In this document: positions 1 to 12,404 of the stretch, in pieces | Numbering within the stretch: the first letter of the stretch is position 1 | How the letters are laid out: each line of letters starts with the position of its first letter | Assembly (NCBI GenBank): GCA_963790305.1 | Contig: CAWBOC010000006.1 | Coordinates: 32,001 to 96,000 of the forward strand | Length of the DNA: 64,000 nt | Reading direction: 5' to 3' | DNA from: an uncultured Gemmatimonadaceae bacterium | GTDB lineage: Bacteria > Gemmatimonadota > Gemmatimonadetes > Gemmatimonadales > Gemmatimonadaceae | Notes under the pieces: model-generated | What the model saw: only the letters and a program-made list of their open reading frames with translations | Database searches by the model: none | Told to the model about the DNA's origin: nothing | Program-made: the position numbers and the translations under genes

Positions 1-74
1 TCGAGGCGATCCAGGTGACGTCGCCTCGATCACCTCGACATCCTGGACGACCCTGACCACCTCGTCTCACACGA
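1..74. repeat. Degenerate 9-bp-period tandem repeat with inverted arms (truncated by window start)
   Basis: TCGAGGCGA TCCAGGTGA cg TCGCCTCGA TCACCTCGA CATCCTGGA CGACCCTGA CCACCTCGT; 1-9 is the reverse complement of 21-29. Confidence 0.6.
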
Positions 75-1193
75 TGAAAATTCAGATCGTGAATTGGCAG
101 GACCGCGAAAACCCCCAGGCGGGCGGCGCCGAAGCGCATCTCCACGAAATCTTCGGTCGTCTTGCGCGGCGTGGTCACCAGGTCACGCTGCTGTGCTCCG
201 GCTTCGCCGACGCGCCCGCGCACATCTCGATCGACGGGATCGATGTGCATCGAGTCGGCACCCGCTACTCATTTCCATTCATGGCATGGGCGTACTGGCG
301 GCGTGTGCTCGCGACCGATCGTCCCAATGTGCTGATCGAGGACATCAACAAGGTGCCCCTGCTCACCCCCTGGTGGGGGGCGCGCCACACGATCGCCCTC
401 GTGCATCATCTGTTCGGGACTACCGCGTTCGCCGAAGCCGCTGTGCCGATCGCGACGGCGGTTTGGGCGTCCGAGCGGCCGCTGGGCTGGTTCTATCGCG
501 GCGTTCCGTTCGAGGCCGTGTCGGAGAGCACCCGTCTCGATCTCGTCTCGCGGGGCATCCCGGCATCATCGATCACGGTGATTCACAATGGGGTCGACAT
601 CGGCACGCTGACACCCAACCCCGCCGCCAGGTCGCCGTCCCCCAGGTTCGCGTACCTCGGGCGGCTCAAGCGCTACAAGCAGGTCGATCTCATCGTGCAG
701 GCGTTCGCCCGGCTCGCGCACTCCTCGGCGACACTCGACATTGCCGGAACCGGCGATGACGGGCCGCGGCTCGAACAGCTTGCACGCTCGCTTGACCTCG
801 GCGACCGCGTGCGGTTTCTTGGGTTTGTGAGCGAGGAGGAGAAGCTCGCGCTGCTGCGTGCCGCGTGGGCGATGGTGTTCACGTCGAAAAAGGAAGGGTG
901 GGGGATCACGAACCTCGAGGCAGCGGCGTGCGGAACCCCGGTGATCGCATCCGACTCCCCAGGGCTGCGTGATTCCGTCCGGCCACGGAGAGACGGGATA
1001 TCTCGTTCCGCATGGCGACGTGACGGCGCTCGCAAGCGCAATGCGCGCGATCGCTGAAGCGCCGGATCTCGTGGCGGCGCTTGGCCGACGTGGACGCGCG
1101 TTTGCCGAGACCTTTACCTGGGATCGCGCGGCCAAGGAAACAGAGGCGCATCTCGCGCTCGTCACTGGGCAGGAGGCGGCACCGTGGACGTGA
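74..1193 (+). CDS. Glycosyltransferase family 4 (frameshift near 983)
   Basis: GGAE N-terminal motif, YLGRLKRYK, EGWGITNLEAAACGTPV; C-terminus (HGETGYLVPHGD...FTWDRAA) continues in the 969..1193 frame. Confidence 0.85.
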
Positions 1194-1495
1194 TCTTTCA
1201 TTCGCACAACGCCGTCATCTCCGAGCGCCTGCGTTTGCGAGCGGAGACCATCATTCACAAGCTGGAGACGCGTGCCGCGCGACCCGTCCGAGCGGTGGTG
1301 CGCTTCGAGCAGGACGGTCCCACGCGCCGCGTCGAGATCGTGATGCACGCGTCACGCAGGCGACCCCTCATCTCGAACGGCTACGCGCGAACCTACGGGC
1401 CGGCGCTCTCGGAAGCCGTTCACAACCTCCAGGCGCAGCTGGCGCGCTCGAAGCGCACGCGGAAGGCGCGCACGCGTATCGCCGCCAAATCGTGA
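1184..1495 (+). CDS. HPF/RaiA-like ribosome-associated protein
   Basis: 103 aa basic protein with HPF-like pattern, directly upstream of hprK, which is the usual context. Confidence 0.6.
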   Translation: MDVIFHSHNAVISERLRLRAETIIHKLETRAARPVRAVVRFEQDGPTRRVEIVMHASRRRPLISNGYARTYGPALSEAVHNLQAQLARSKRTRKARTRIAAKS

Positions 1496-2472
1496 AGCGA
1501 CAACCCTTCACCGTCGGCCGCATGCTCGAGCAGCTGCAGGACACGCTGCAGCTCGAGCTGATTGGGGACGACGCGGGGCTGGCGCGGGAAATCACGAGCG
1601 CCGAGGTGTCGAGCCCGGGCCTCGTCCTCGCGGGCTACACCGCGCGCTTCCCGCACGACCGCGTGCAGGTGCTCGGAGAAACGGAGATCTCCTACCTCTC
1701 GTCACTGGATGCGGCGCGCCGCCGTGACGTCCTGGAGAAGTTCCTCTCCTTTCCCATTCCGTGTCTGTTCGTCACGAAGGGGCAGAGGCTGCCTGCCGAG
1801 CTGACGCAGATCGCCGGGAAGGTGGGAATTCCCATTCTTCGCTCGAAGCTCAAGACGGCCGAGTTCTACACGCGCATCAAACCGATCATCGCCGAGGAGT
1901 TCGCGCCGCTCACCACTATCCACGGGTCACTCGCCGACGTGTTCGGTGTCGGCTTGCTGTTCATCGGGAAGAGCGGCATCGGGAAATCGGAATGCGTGCT
2001 GGACCTCGTCGAGCGCGGACACCGACTCGTCGCCGACGATCTGGTCATCACGACGCGGCGCGGCAATGACATTCTCATCGGCCGTGGCCACGATCTCGCC
2101 CGGCACCATATGGAGATTCGTGGCGTCGGTCTGATCGACGTGCAGGCGATTTTCGGTATCCGCGCCGTGCGTCAGCAGAAGCGCATCGAGGTCGTGGTAC
2201 AGCTCGAGGAGTGGGACAAATCCACCAACGTCGACCGCACCGGACTCGATGGCGCAACGACCACGATCCTCGGGGTCGAGCTGCCCAAGGTCCTCATCCC
2301 GCTGAATCCCGGCAAGAACATCACCGTCGTGGCCGAAGTGGTCGCGATGAATCACCTCCTTCGCTATAGCGGAGTAAACACCGCCGAAGCGTTCAACCAG
2401 CGCCTCATGAAGCGAATGCAGGCCACCGAGCCCGCCGCCATTCGTCAGTACCTTCAGGAAGATGATGAGTGA
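1492..2472 (+). CDS. hprK: HPr(Ser) kinase/phosphorylase
   Basis: HGSLADVFGVGLLFIGKSGIGKSE, LVADD, HHMEIRGVGLID, PGKN; GTG start at 1492 overlaps the previous stop. Confidence 0.95.
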   Translation: MKRQPFTVGRMLEQLQDTLQLELIGDDAGLAREITSAEVSSPGLVLAGYTARFPHDRVQVLGETEISYLSSLDAARRRDVLEKFLSFPIPCLFVTKGQRLPAELTQIAGKVGIPILRSKLKTAEFYTRIKPIIAEEFAPLTTIHGSLADVFGVGLLFIGKSGIGKSECVLDLVERGHRLVADDLVITTRRGNDILIGRGHDLARHHMEIRGVGLIDVQAIFGIRAVRQQKRIEVVVQLEEWDKSTNVDRTGLDGATTTILGVELPKVLIPLNPGKNITVVAEVVAMNHLLRYSGVNTAEAFNQRLMKRMQATEPAAIRQYLQEDDE

Positions 2473-2866
2473 AGGCGCGCCGGTCGCGATCATCGCGGCG
2501 CACGGCGACCTCGCCGCGGGGTTCGTGGGTGCGGTGCAGCAGATCACCGGTCGCGGCGATCTGTTCCTCGCGATGTCGAATACGGGATTGGGTGCCGCGG
2601 AGATCGAGCGGGCGCTTCTCGAGCTCGTCGATTCACGTCACATCCGCGTCATCTTCACCGACCTGCCCGCCGGGAGCTGCACGATCGCGGCTCGACGGGT
2701 GCTCGCCGCGAGACCGAACCTGGTGCTCGTGACGGGCGCGAGCTTGCCACTCCTCCTCGACTTCATGTCTCACGAAGAGCTCGAGCCGGCGCAAGCCGCC
2801 ACGCACGCCGTCGATCGGGCTGTGCGGTCGCTGATGACGGTGCCTGGAGTCGCGCGTGGCCATTGA
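2462..2866 (+). CDS. PTS mannose/fructose-family EIIA
   Basis: IIAAHGDLA phospho-His motif, FTDLPAGS, VTGASLPLLL. Confidence 0.85.
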   Translation: MMSEGAPVAIIAAHGDLAAGFVGAVQQITGRGDLFLAMSNTGLGAAEIERALLELVDSRHIRVIFTDLPAGSCTIAARRVLAARPNLVLVTGASLPLLLDFMSHEELEPAQAATHAVDRAVRSLMTVPGVARGH

Positions 2867-3347
2867 TCTCTATCGCATCGACGACCGCCTCATTCACGGT
2901 CAGGTCGTCGTAGGATGGGGACAGCCGCTCAATCTCGGGTTCATCGCCCTCGTCGATGACGAGGTGGCTGGAAGCGAGTGGGAGCAGGAGCTGTATCGCA
3001 TGGGCGTCCCGCCCGACATGGACGTCTACTTCGCGACGCCTGACGATGCCAGCCGTCAACTGGATCAGTGGAACGCGGATCAGCGTCCGGGCATTCTGCT
3101 TACGGGCGACATTGACACCATGCGTCGCTTGATCGCCCTCCGTCCTACGATCACGACCGTCAACCTCGGCGGGATCCACCATCGGGCTGGTCGCACGCTC
3201 AAGCTCCGCTACGTGTATTTGTCGCCTCAGGAAGAAGAGGCGCTCCGTGCTCTCGAGCGGAGCGGCGTCGCGGTGACCGCGCAGGATGTTCCCTCCGCCC
3301 GCGCTGTTCCACTCGAGGACGTGTTGCGAGGCGAGGCTGAGCGGTGA
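2856..3347 (+). CDS. PTS mannose/sorbose-family EIIB
   Basis: RIDDRLIHGQVVVGW, VNLGG, QDVP. Confidence 0.92.
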   Translation: MAIDLYRIDDRLIHGQVVVGWGQPLNLGFIALVDDEVAGSEWEQELYRMGVPPDMDVYFATPDDASRQLDQWNADQRPGILLTGDIDTMRRLIALRPTITTVNLGGIHHRAGRTLKLRYVYLSPQEEEALRALERSGVAVTAQDVPSARAVPLEDVLRGEAER

Positions 3348-4027
3348 GCCCGCAAGAGGTCTTCACCGTAGCGCTCCTCGGCGCCGTCATCGGGCTCGAC
3401 GTCGTGTCGTTTCCGCAGGCGATGATCTCGCGTCCCATCGTCGCGGCGACGATCGCGGGACTGTTCCTCGGGGATCCGGCGGGAGGATTGCTCGTCGGTG
3501 CGACACTCGAGCTGATCGCGCTCGAGACCCTGCCGGTGGGCGCCTCACGATATCCCGAATGGGGCTCTGCTTCGGTCGTTGGCGGCGCCTTGTTTGCATT
3601 GCGCCCAACCCCAACCGCCGGGGTGCTCACGATGGCCGTGCTCGGCGCCCTCGCGACTGCGTGGATTGGCGGATGGACGATGTACGTCATTCGGCGCTTT
3701 AATGGCGCCATCGCCCGCCGCTGGATTCCCACGCTCGGCTTGGGATCCGGTCGCGCCGTCATCGCGATTCAAACGGCCGGCATTACAGCGGACTTTGTGC
3801 GCGGCGGCCTGCTCGCCCTCGTCGCGATCCTCGCGCTCGATCCGCTGACGCGCGCCATGGTGGGGTTGTGGTCGCTCGACGCGAGACTTTCGCGCGCGGT
3901 CGTCGTGGCCGCGGCTGCCGCCGTCGCCGCCGGCGCCGTCTGGAAGCTTTTCCATAACACGCCCGGGGCCCGCTGGTATCTCGCCGGAGGGCTGGTGATC
4001 GGGGTGCTCCTCCTGGTCGCCCGATGA
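3344..4027 (+). CDS. PTS mannose-family EIIC
   Basis: Hydrophobic; MISRPIVA...GLFLGD...GATLEL...PVGA. Confidence 0.88.
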   Translation: MSPQEVFTVALLGAVIGLDVVSFPQAMISRPIVAATIAGLFLGDPAGGLLVGATLELIALETLPVGASRYPEWGSASVVGGALFALRPTPTAGVLTMAVLGALATAWIGGWTMYVIRRFNGAIARRWIPTLGLGSGRAVIAIQTAGITADFVRGGLLALVAILALDPLTRAMVGLWSLDARLSRAVVVAAAAAVAAGAVWKLFHNTPGARWYLAGGLVIGVLLLVAR

Positions 4028-4803
4028 CCGCTCCCTCGGCGTCGCTCGCCGCACCCTCGCTGCCGATTCATACCTGGGTGGAGATCTTCGTCCGCCAGCT
4101 CGCCGTGCAGGCGTCCTGGAATTACGAGCTGCTCCTGGGAACAGGCATCGGTTTCTGCCTCGAGCCCGCACTGCGTCACCTCGGTGGTGGTCGGGAGGGC
4201 GAAGCGTACCGTGCGGCGATGGCCCGGCAGTCCGCGTACTTCAACGCGCATCCGTACCTGACCGCCGTGGCGGTGGGATCGCTCGCGCGCGCAGAGCTCG
4301 AGCGCGCGCCGCCCGGACAGATCGAGCGGTTTCGCACGGCGTTATGCGGACCACTCGGGTCGGTAGGGGATCGGCTGGTGTGGGCGGGATGGCTTCCGTT
4401 CTGCTCGCTGCTCGCGCTCGCCGCGTTCGGGCTTGGTGCAAGTCCGGTTGCGGTCTTGCTGATTTTCCTCGGCTTGTACAACGTGGGGCACATCGGGCTT
4501 CGCATTTGGGGACTCCGCGTCGGCTGGACGCACGGGATGCGTGTCGCTGCCGCGTTAGCCAACCCGGTGTTGCGCCACGGGCCAACGTATATCGCCCGAG
4601 CAGCCGCGGCTCTGGCTGGAGTCGCGCTCCCCCTCGCGGTCGACCGGATCATCGAGCCCGGACGAGCGCTCCTGGGAGGGGTGTTGCTCGCGACGGTGGC
4701 GGGAGCGGCGCTGCTCACGCGCCTGCATGGTCGAATCGAGGGATGGCGGATCGCTGTCGGCGTCCTTGCCGCCTGCGCCCTCTACGCCGTGGTGGCTCGA
4801 TGA
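4024..4803 (+). CDS. PTS mannose-family EIID
   Basis: QASWNYE, YFNAHPY, GPLGSVGDRLVW. Confidence 0.9.
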   Translation: MTAPSASLAAPSLPIHTWVEIFVRQLAVQASWNYELLLGTGIGFCLEPALRHLGGGREGEAYRAAMARQSAYFNAHPYLTAVAVGSLARAELERAPPGQIERFRTALCGPLGSVGDRLVWAGWLPFCSLLALAAFGLGASPVAVLLIFLGLYNVGHIGLRIWGLRVGWTHGMRVAAALANPVLRHGPTYIARAAAALAGVALPLAVDRIIEPGRALLGGVLLATVAGAALLTRLHGRIEGWRIAVGVLAACALYAVVAR

Positions 4804-5069
4804 TGATCGAGCGGTCGGTGAAGATCCTCAACAGAAATGGACTGCACGCGCGTCCGGCGGCCGAAGTCGTGAAGACGGCGGCCAAATTCAAGAGTGAGAT
4901 CACCATCGTGCGCGACGACCTCGAGGTAAATGGGAAGAGCATCATGGGGGTGATGATGCTGGCCGCCGAGTTCGAGGCGTCGGTGACGATCCGCGCCAAC
5001 GGGCCCGATGCGCAGCAGGCCGTGGACGCGATTGCCGAGCTCATCGCGCAGAAGTTCGGAGAGAAGTAG
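4800..5069 (+). CDS. ptsH: Phosphocarrier HPr
   Basis: GLHARPAA (His15) and NGKSIMGVMML (Ser46). Confidence 0.95.
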   Translation: MMIERSVKILNRNGLHARPAAEVVKTAAKFKSEITIVRDDLEVNGKSIMGVMMLAAEFEASVTIRANGPDAQQAVDAIAELIAQKFGEK

Positions 5070-6865
5070 TGGAGCGCATCCTCGTCGGTATCCCGGCGTC
5101 CCCCGGTATCGTCGTTGGCCCGGCGCACGTGCTGCTCTGGGAAGTGCCCCCGGTGCGCCTGCGTCTGGTGCCGCCGGAGCAGATCGACATGGAGATCGCG
5201 CACTTTCACGACGCGCTCGCCAAGGCGCGTGACCGCGTCGCACACCTTCGCGCACGCGTCGAGCAGCATGTGGGCATCGAAGAAGCGAGGATCTTCGAGG
5301 CGCAGGCGCTCATTCTTCAGGACACCGAGATCATCGACAAGGTCGAGCTGCTCGTTCGCCACGATCATTTCGCGGCCGAGAGCGCCTTCGACCTGACAAT
5401 GAATCAGTGGCGAACCGAGTTCGCCCGGAGCACCTCTCCGCTCATCCGCGAGCGCGTGGGCGACCTCGTGGACGTCCACATTCGCGTGTTGTCGCTCATG
5501 CTCGGATTGCCCGATCACGATCCCGGTGACGTCCCCAAGGGAACGAACGCGGTCCTCGTCACGCACGATCTGACGCCGAGCCTCACGGTCCAGCTCGACC
5601 GCGATGCGATCGCCGGCGTCGCCACTGACGCGGGCACGCGCATTTCGCACGTCGCCATTCTCGCGCGATCGCTCGGGCTGCCGGCCGTGGTTGGTCTGCG
5701 CGATGCCACGCAGCGCATCAAGGCCGGCGACCGGCTCATCCTCGATGGCGGAGCAGGGGTTCTCGCCATCAATCCGACCGACGCCGGCATCGGGCAGTAT
5801 CAGGAACGTCAGCGACAACTCGCCGAGATGGAGGCGCAGGACGCGCTCATGGCTGGCGAGGAACCCGTGACGCAGGATCAGGTGCGGCTGTTACTGCGCG
5901 CGAACGTCGACCTTCCGGAAGACGCGCCATTCGCCGCGCAGAGCGGCGCCGATGGCGTCGGCCTCATGCGGACGGAGTTTCTCGTCGTCGGGCGCGCGAC
6001 CATGCCTGACGAGGAAGAACAATATCGAGCCTACCGGAGAGTCGTCGAAGCGTTCGAGGGACACGCCGTCATCATCCGCACCTATGACATTGGCGGCGAC
6101 AAGCTGCCCGTCGGCGGATACCCGAGTGAGCCCAACCCGTTCCTTGGATGGCGGGCGATCCGCATGTGTCTCGATGAGCCCGAGCTGTTCCGGGCGCAGC
6201 TCCGCGCGCTGCTGCGGGCGGCGCAGCATGGCGATGTCCGCATCATGCTCCCGCTCGTGATCACGCTCGACGAAGTGCTGCGCGCGCGGGAGCTGCTCGA
6301 GGAATCGGCGCGCGAGCTCGCCCAGCGCGGTGTGCCTCACCGCGCATCGGTGCCGCTCGGCGTCATGGTCGAGACGCCGGCCGCGGCCGTGGCGGCCGAT
6401 ACCCTCGCGCCGCACGTCGACTTCTTCTCGATCGGGACCAACGACCTCACGCAGTACACGCTCGCGATCGATCGCGGCAACGCCAACCTCGCATCGCGTT
6501 TCACCCCGCTCCATCCCGCCGTGCTGCGGCTCATCCGGCGCATTGCGGACGTCGGCATCGAGCACGGGCTGGATGTCGGCGTGTGCGGCGAGATGGCGTC
6601 GCAGCCTCTAATGGCGTACGCGCTCATCGGCCTGGGGATCCGCCAGCTGTCCGTCGCGCCGCGCTCGGTGGCGCGCATGAAACGCGTCGTCCGGCGCATA
6701 ACGGTGCGCGCCGCCACCGACGCTGCGAACAAGGCGATGGACGCCGGCACCGCCGATCGCGCTGAAGCGATTCTGCGCCACCGCCTTCTCAGCGAGCTTG
6801 GGGATGCCACGGAGCTACTCGACGGCTTGCCCGTCCCCGAGGCCTCTAGTAGCATCCAAGGCTGA
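5069..6865 (+). CDS. ptsI: PEP-protein phosphotransferase (Enzyme I)
   Basis: [48 protein letters not shown]. Confidence 0.95.
   Translation: MERILVGIPASPGIVVGPAHVLLWEVPPVRLRLVPPEQIDMEIAHFHDALAKARDRVAHLRARVEQHVGIEEARIFEAQALILQDTEIIDKVELLVRHDHFAAESAFDLTMNQWRTEFARSTSPLIRERVGDLVDVHIRVLSLMLGLPDHDPGDVPKGTNAVLVTHDLTPSLTVQLDRDAIAGVATDAGTRISHVAILARSLGLPAVVGLRDATQRIKAGDRLILDGGAGVLAINPTDAGIGQYQERQRQLAEMEAQDALMAGEEPVTQDQVRLLLRANVDLPEDAPFAAQSGADGVGLMRTEFLVVGRATMPDEEEQYRAYRRVVEAFEGHAVIIRTYDIGGDKLPVGGYPSEPNPFLGWRAIRMCLDEPELFRAQLRALLRAAQHGDVRIMLPLVITLDEVLRARELLEESARELAQRGVPHRASVPLGVMVETPAAAVAADTLAPHVDFFSIGTNDLTQYTLAIDRGNANLASRFTPLHPAVLRLIRRIADVGIEHGLDVGVCGEMASQPLMAYALIGLGIRQLSVAPRSVARMKRVVRRITVRAATDAANKAMDAGTADRAEAILRHRLLSELGDATELLDGLPVPEASSSIQG
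6827..6855 (+). promoter_or_regulatory. Putative sigma70 promoter for metK, inside the ptsI 3' end
   Basis: TTGCCC-17 nt-TAGCAT. Confidence 0.4.
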
Positions 6866-6924
6866 GACGAAGAGTCACAATTCTTGCATCGGGCGGCGCT
6901 CTCACGCCTGCCCCAAGGACGTAC

Positions 6925-9493
<2,569 letters not shown>

Positions 9494-9524
9494 GGCCCCG
9501 CGGCGCGGCGCTCGGGAGCGAGGG

Positions 9525-10043
9525 ATGATCGAAGTTCGCGTGGATCGGTTGGGGCTCGACAGCTCCTCCAATTCGTACGTGGTGATCCTCAAGGAGAAGC
9601 AGGGAGACCGGCTTCTGCCGATTTGGATTGGGCAGCCCGAGGCCCAGTCCATCGTCATGGAGATGAATGCCGTCAAGCCGCCGCGGCCGCTGACGCACGA
9701 CCTCTGCAAGTCGCTCATCCTCGGCCTCGGTGGCACGCTCAAGCGCGTGCAAATCACGAAGGTGAAGGACAACACCTACTTCGCGGAGCTGCACGTCCAC
9801 CGCGGGGACGACATCGTCCAGATCGACGCACGGCCCTCGGATAGCATCGCGATCGCTCTCCGGTTGGCGGCGCCGATCTTCGCGCAGGAGTCGCTACTGA
9901 CGGCGATCGCCGTCGAAGGCGGTGACACGCTTCAGAGCGAGGAGCCGGACCTGACTCCCGCCACCGACGAGATGAGCGCCGAGCAGCTCAAGGAGTATCT
10001 GGAGCGGATGAAGCCCGAGGATTTCGGCAAGTTCAACTTGTGA
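9525..10043 (+). CDS. Bifunctional nuclease family protein (DUF151)
   Basis: LLPIWIGQPEA, RPLTHDL, DARPSDSIAIA. Confidence 0.92.
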   Translation: MIEVRVDRLGLDSSSNSYVVILKEKQGDRLLPIWIGQPEAQSIVMEMNAVKPPRPLTHDLCKSLILGLGGTLKRVQITKVKDNTYFAELHVHRGDDIVQIDARPSDSIAIALRLAAPIFAQESLLTAIAVEGGDTLQSEEPDLTPATDEMSAEQLKEYLERMKPEDFGKFNL

Positions 10044-11230
10044 TGCTGCCTCGATTCCTCGCTCTGTGGTGCGGAGCGGCCGCCTGGCGCGGCCGCTTTT
10101 GCATTGTCCTCGGCGCGGTGATCCTCGCACCGAACGCGGGCGCGCAGGTGCGGCGCGTCACGGGCCGCGTCCTGCGACCGACGGCCGACTCGATGCGCGG
10201 CGTCCAAGGCTCATGGGTCGTTTTGCATCGCGTTGCCACCGACCGCTCGGGTCCCCTCGACTCCGTTCGCACGTCGCGTGACGGTGCCTTCAGCCTGCGT
10301 TACACGCCAGTCGGGAGCGCGGACGCCATCTACTTTGTCTCGGCTACGCACGACGGCATCGCGTACTTCTCACCGCCCCTGGATACCGCGCATGCCGTCG
10401 AGTCCGCCGAGCTGGCGGTGTTCGATACGACGAGCGCCCCCGTTCCCATTCACGTCCGCGGACACCACATCGTCGTCACGGCACGCGAACCTGATGGAAG
10501 GCGCGAGATCGTCGAGGTCTTCGAGCTCGCCAACGACTCGACCGTCACGCGCGTGGCCGCCGGTGAGGTTCCCGTGTGGAGTACCACGCTCCCGGACGGG
10601 GCCACCGACGTTCGCGTTGGACAAGGGGATCTCTCCGAGGACGCCATCCGGACCGACAGCGGTCGCATTCGTGTCTACGCGCCGCTCGCGCCGGGAATCA
10701 AGCAGCTCTCGTACGCCTATCGAGTGGATGCGGGTGCATTCCCGCTTTCACGTCCCGTCCACGGTCGGGGCGGCCTGCTCGAGGTGCTGGTCGAGGAGCC
10801 TAACGGCGTTGCGACGGCGCCGGGGCTGACCCGCGTCGACCCGGTGACGGTCGAGTCGCGCACGTTCAACCGATTTCTCGCCCAGGAGATCGTCCCGGGC
10901 GGCATAGTGCGCATCGAGATGCCGCGGGCAGCACTCCTGTCGCGGCGGGGATGGATCGTCGCAGTGGTCGCGGCAATCGCCACCGCGATGGCGTTGCTGC
11001 TCCTGCGCTCCAACCAGCGGCGCCCCGAGCGCATTATCCAGCGCTCTTCCAGCGCCCCTCCGGCGCCCCGTCCTGTCGAGAGCTTGGCACGCGAGATCGC
11101 TGAGCTGGACGCTCGCATGGAGAGTGCGCAGAGCGCGACCGAGGACGATCGAGCCGCGTACTCGCGTCGTCGCGCCGAGCTGAAGAGCGCGCTCGCGCGC
11201 GCGCTTGACGAGGAGGGTCGGCAGGCGTAG
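10040..11230 (+). CDS. Hypothetical exported protein with C-terminal TM helix and helical tail
   Basis: Signal-like N-terminus, beta-rich body, TM (WIVAVVAAIATAMALLLL), tail LAREIAELD...YSRRRAELKSAL; start uncertain. Confidence 0.7.
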   Translation: MMLPRFLALWCGAAAWRGRFCIVLGAVILAPNAGAQVRRVTGRVLRPTADSMRGVQGSWVVLHRVATDRSGPLDSVRTSRDGAFSLRYTPVGSADAIYFVSATHDGIAYFSPPLDTAHAVESAELAVFDTTSAPVPIHVRGHHIVVTAREPDGRREIVEVFELANDSTVTRVAAGEVPVWSTTLPDGATDVRVGQGDLSEDAIRTDSGRIRVYAPLAPGIKQLSYAYRVDAGAFPLSRPVHGRGGLLEVLVEEPNGVATAPGLTRVDPVTVESRTFNRFLAQEIVPGGIVRIEMPRAALLSRRGWIVAVVAAIATAMALLLLRSNQRRPERIIQRSSSAPPAPRPVESLAREIAELDARMESAQSATEDDRAAYSRRRAELKSALARALDEEGRQA

Positions 11231-11233
11231 ACT
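11205..11233 (+). promoter_or_regulatory. Putative sigma70 promoter for the btu operon
   Basis: TTGACG-17 nt-TAGACT just upstream of the riboswitch. Confidence 0.55.
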
Positions 11234-11249
11234 CACCGCACAATCGACG

Positions 11250-11395
11250 TTCGCGGACGGGAGTTCCGGAAGCCGGTGCAAGTCCGGCGCGGTCCCGCCA
11301 CTGTAACGGGCGCTGTACGCGTGCTCACGACGCCACTGACCACGAGTCGGGAAGGCGAGCGACGCGGCCCGAAGCCAGGAGACGCCTCGCGTCCG
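11250..11395 (+). ncRNA. Cobalamin (AdoCbl) riboswitch
   Basis: GGAAGCCGGTGCAAGTCCGGCGCGGTCCCGCCACTGTAA, GCCACTG...GGGAAGGC, B12 box AAGCCAGGAGAC; upstream of B12 uptake genes. Confidence 0.93.
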
Positions 11396-11498
11396 CGCCA
11401 CATCAGCAGACCCTCGGGGGCAGGGGTCGGTGGCGACCGCGCGGTCCATCCGCGTTTTCGTTCACGGGCACTGCGACTTCTGGGTCGGGTGCCCGCGC

Positions 11499-12404
11499 GT
11501 GCATCGACGACTTCGCCTGCTCGGATTGCTGCTCGCCATCGCCGCCGTCGGCTGCGACGCGGACCGACCGCGCGTCGGTGGCGAGTCGGCACACGCTGTC
11601 GAGCGCGACGACTTCGGCGGCGAGCTGCCGCGATTCACGCAGGCGCCACAGCGCATCGTGTCCATGAATCCCGCGACAACCGATCTCCTGTTCGCGGTAC
11701 ACGCCGGACCCCGCGTCGTCGGTCGCTCCAAATGGGACCTCTATCCCGACTCGGCCGCGCTCGTCCCATCACTCGGCGACGCGTTGCGGCCGAGTGTCGA
11801 GGCGGTTCTGGGAGCTCGCCCCGATCTGGTTGTTCTGTACGCGAGCGCAGACAACCGTCCGGCATACGATCGGTTGCGAGACGCCGGCATCGGGGTGGTG
11901 GCACTGCGCATCGATCGCATCGAGCACTTCGATCGGGCGGCGCGACTCCTCGGGAGGCTGACCGGGGATGCCGACGCAGGTGCACTGGTCGCGGATTCGG
12001 TGCAGCGCACGATCGCGCGCGTACGCACGGCAACCCAAGGACTCGCTCGTCCACGCGTGTTCTGGCGCATCTGGGATGCACCGCTCATCACCATTGGCCG
12101 TGGGAGCTTCCTCAGTCAGCTCGTGGACATCGCTGGCGCGCGCAATGTCTATGAGGACATTGAGGCGCCCTCGCAGCAGGTGACTTTCGAAGATGTCGTG
12201 CGCCGCGATCCCGAATTCGTGCTCGTCGGCCCGGAGGGCGGGGAAGTGGTGACACGCGACCCGGCCTGGCGCGCCATCCGTGCCGTGCGCGAGGGTCGCG
12301 TTCGCATCGTGGACACCACGCTCGTCGGCCGCCCATCCGTGCGCCTCGGGGAAGCGGCCATGCACCTGGCAGAGCTGCTTCACCCCGACATCGACATACG
12401 CTGA
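11499..12404 (+). CDS. btuF: Cobalamin/iron ABC substrate-binding lipoprotein (BtuF-like)
   Basis: Lipobox-like AAVGC, RDDFG, PQRIVSMNPATTDLLFA, PSVEAVLGARPDLV, RPSVRL; start uncertain (11430 or 11499). Confidence 0.85.
   Translation: MHRRLRLLGLLLAIAAVGCDADRPRVGGESAHAVERDDFGGELPRFTQAPQRIVSMNPATTDLLFAVHAGPRVVGRSKWDLYPDSAALVPSLGDALRPSVEAVLGARPDLVVLYASADNRPAYDRLRDAGIGVVALRIDRIEHFDRAARLLGRLTGDADAGALVADSVQRTIARVRTATQGLARPRVFWRIWDAPLITIGRGSFLSQLVDIAGARNVYEDIEAPSQQVTFEDVVRRDPEFVLVGPEGGEVVTRDPAWRAIRAVREGRVRIVDTTLVGRPSVRLGEAAMHLAELLHPDIDIR

Noticed and set aside
6866..6924. SAM riboswitch upstream of metK
   Set aside because: The leader is short and has no recognisable SAM-I/II/IV core.
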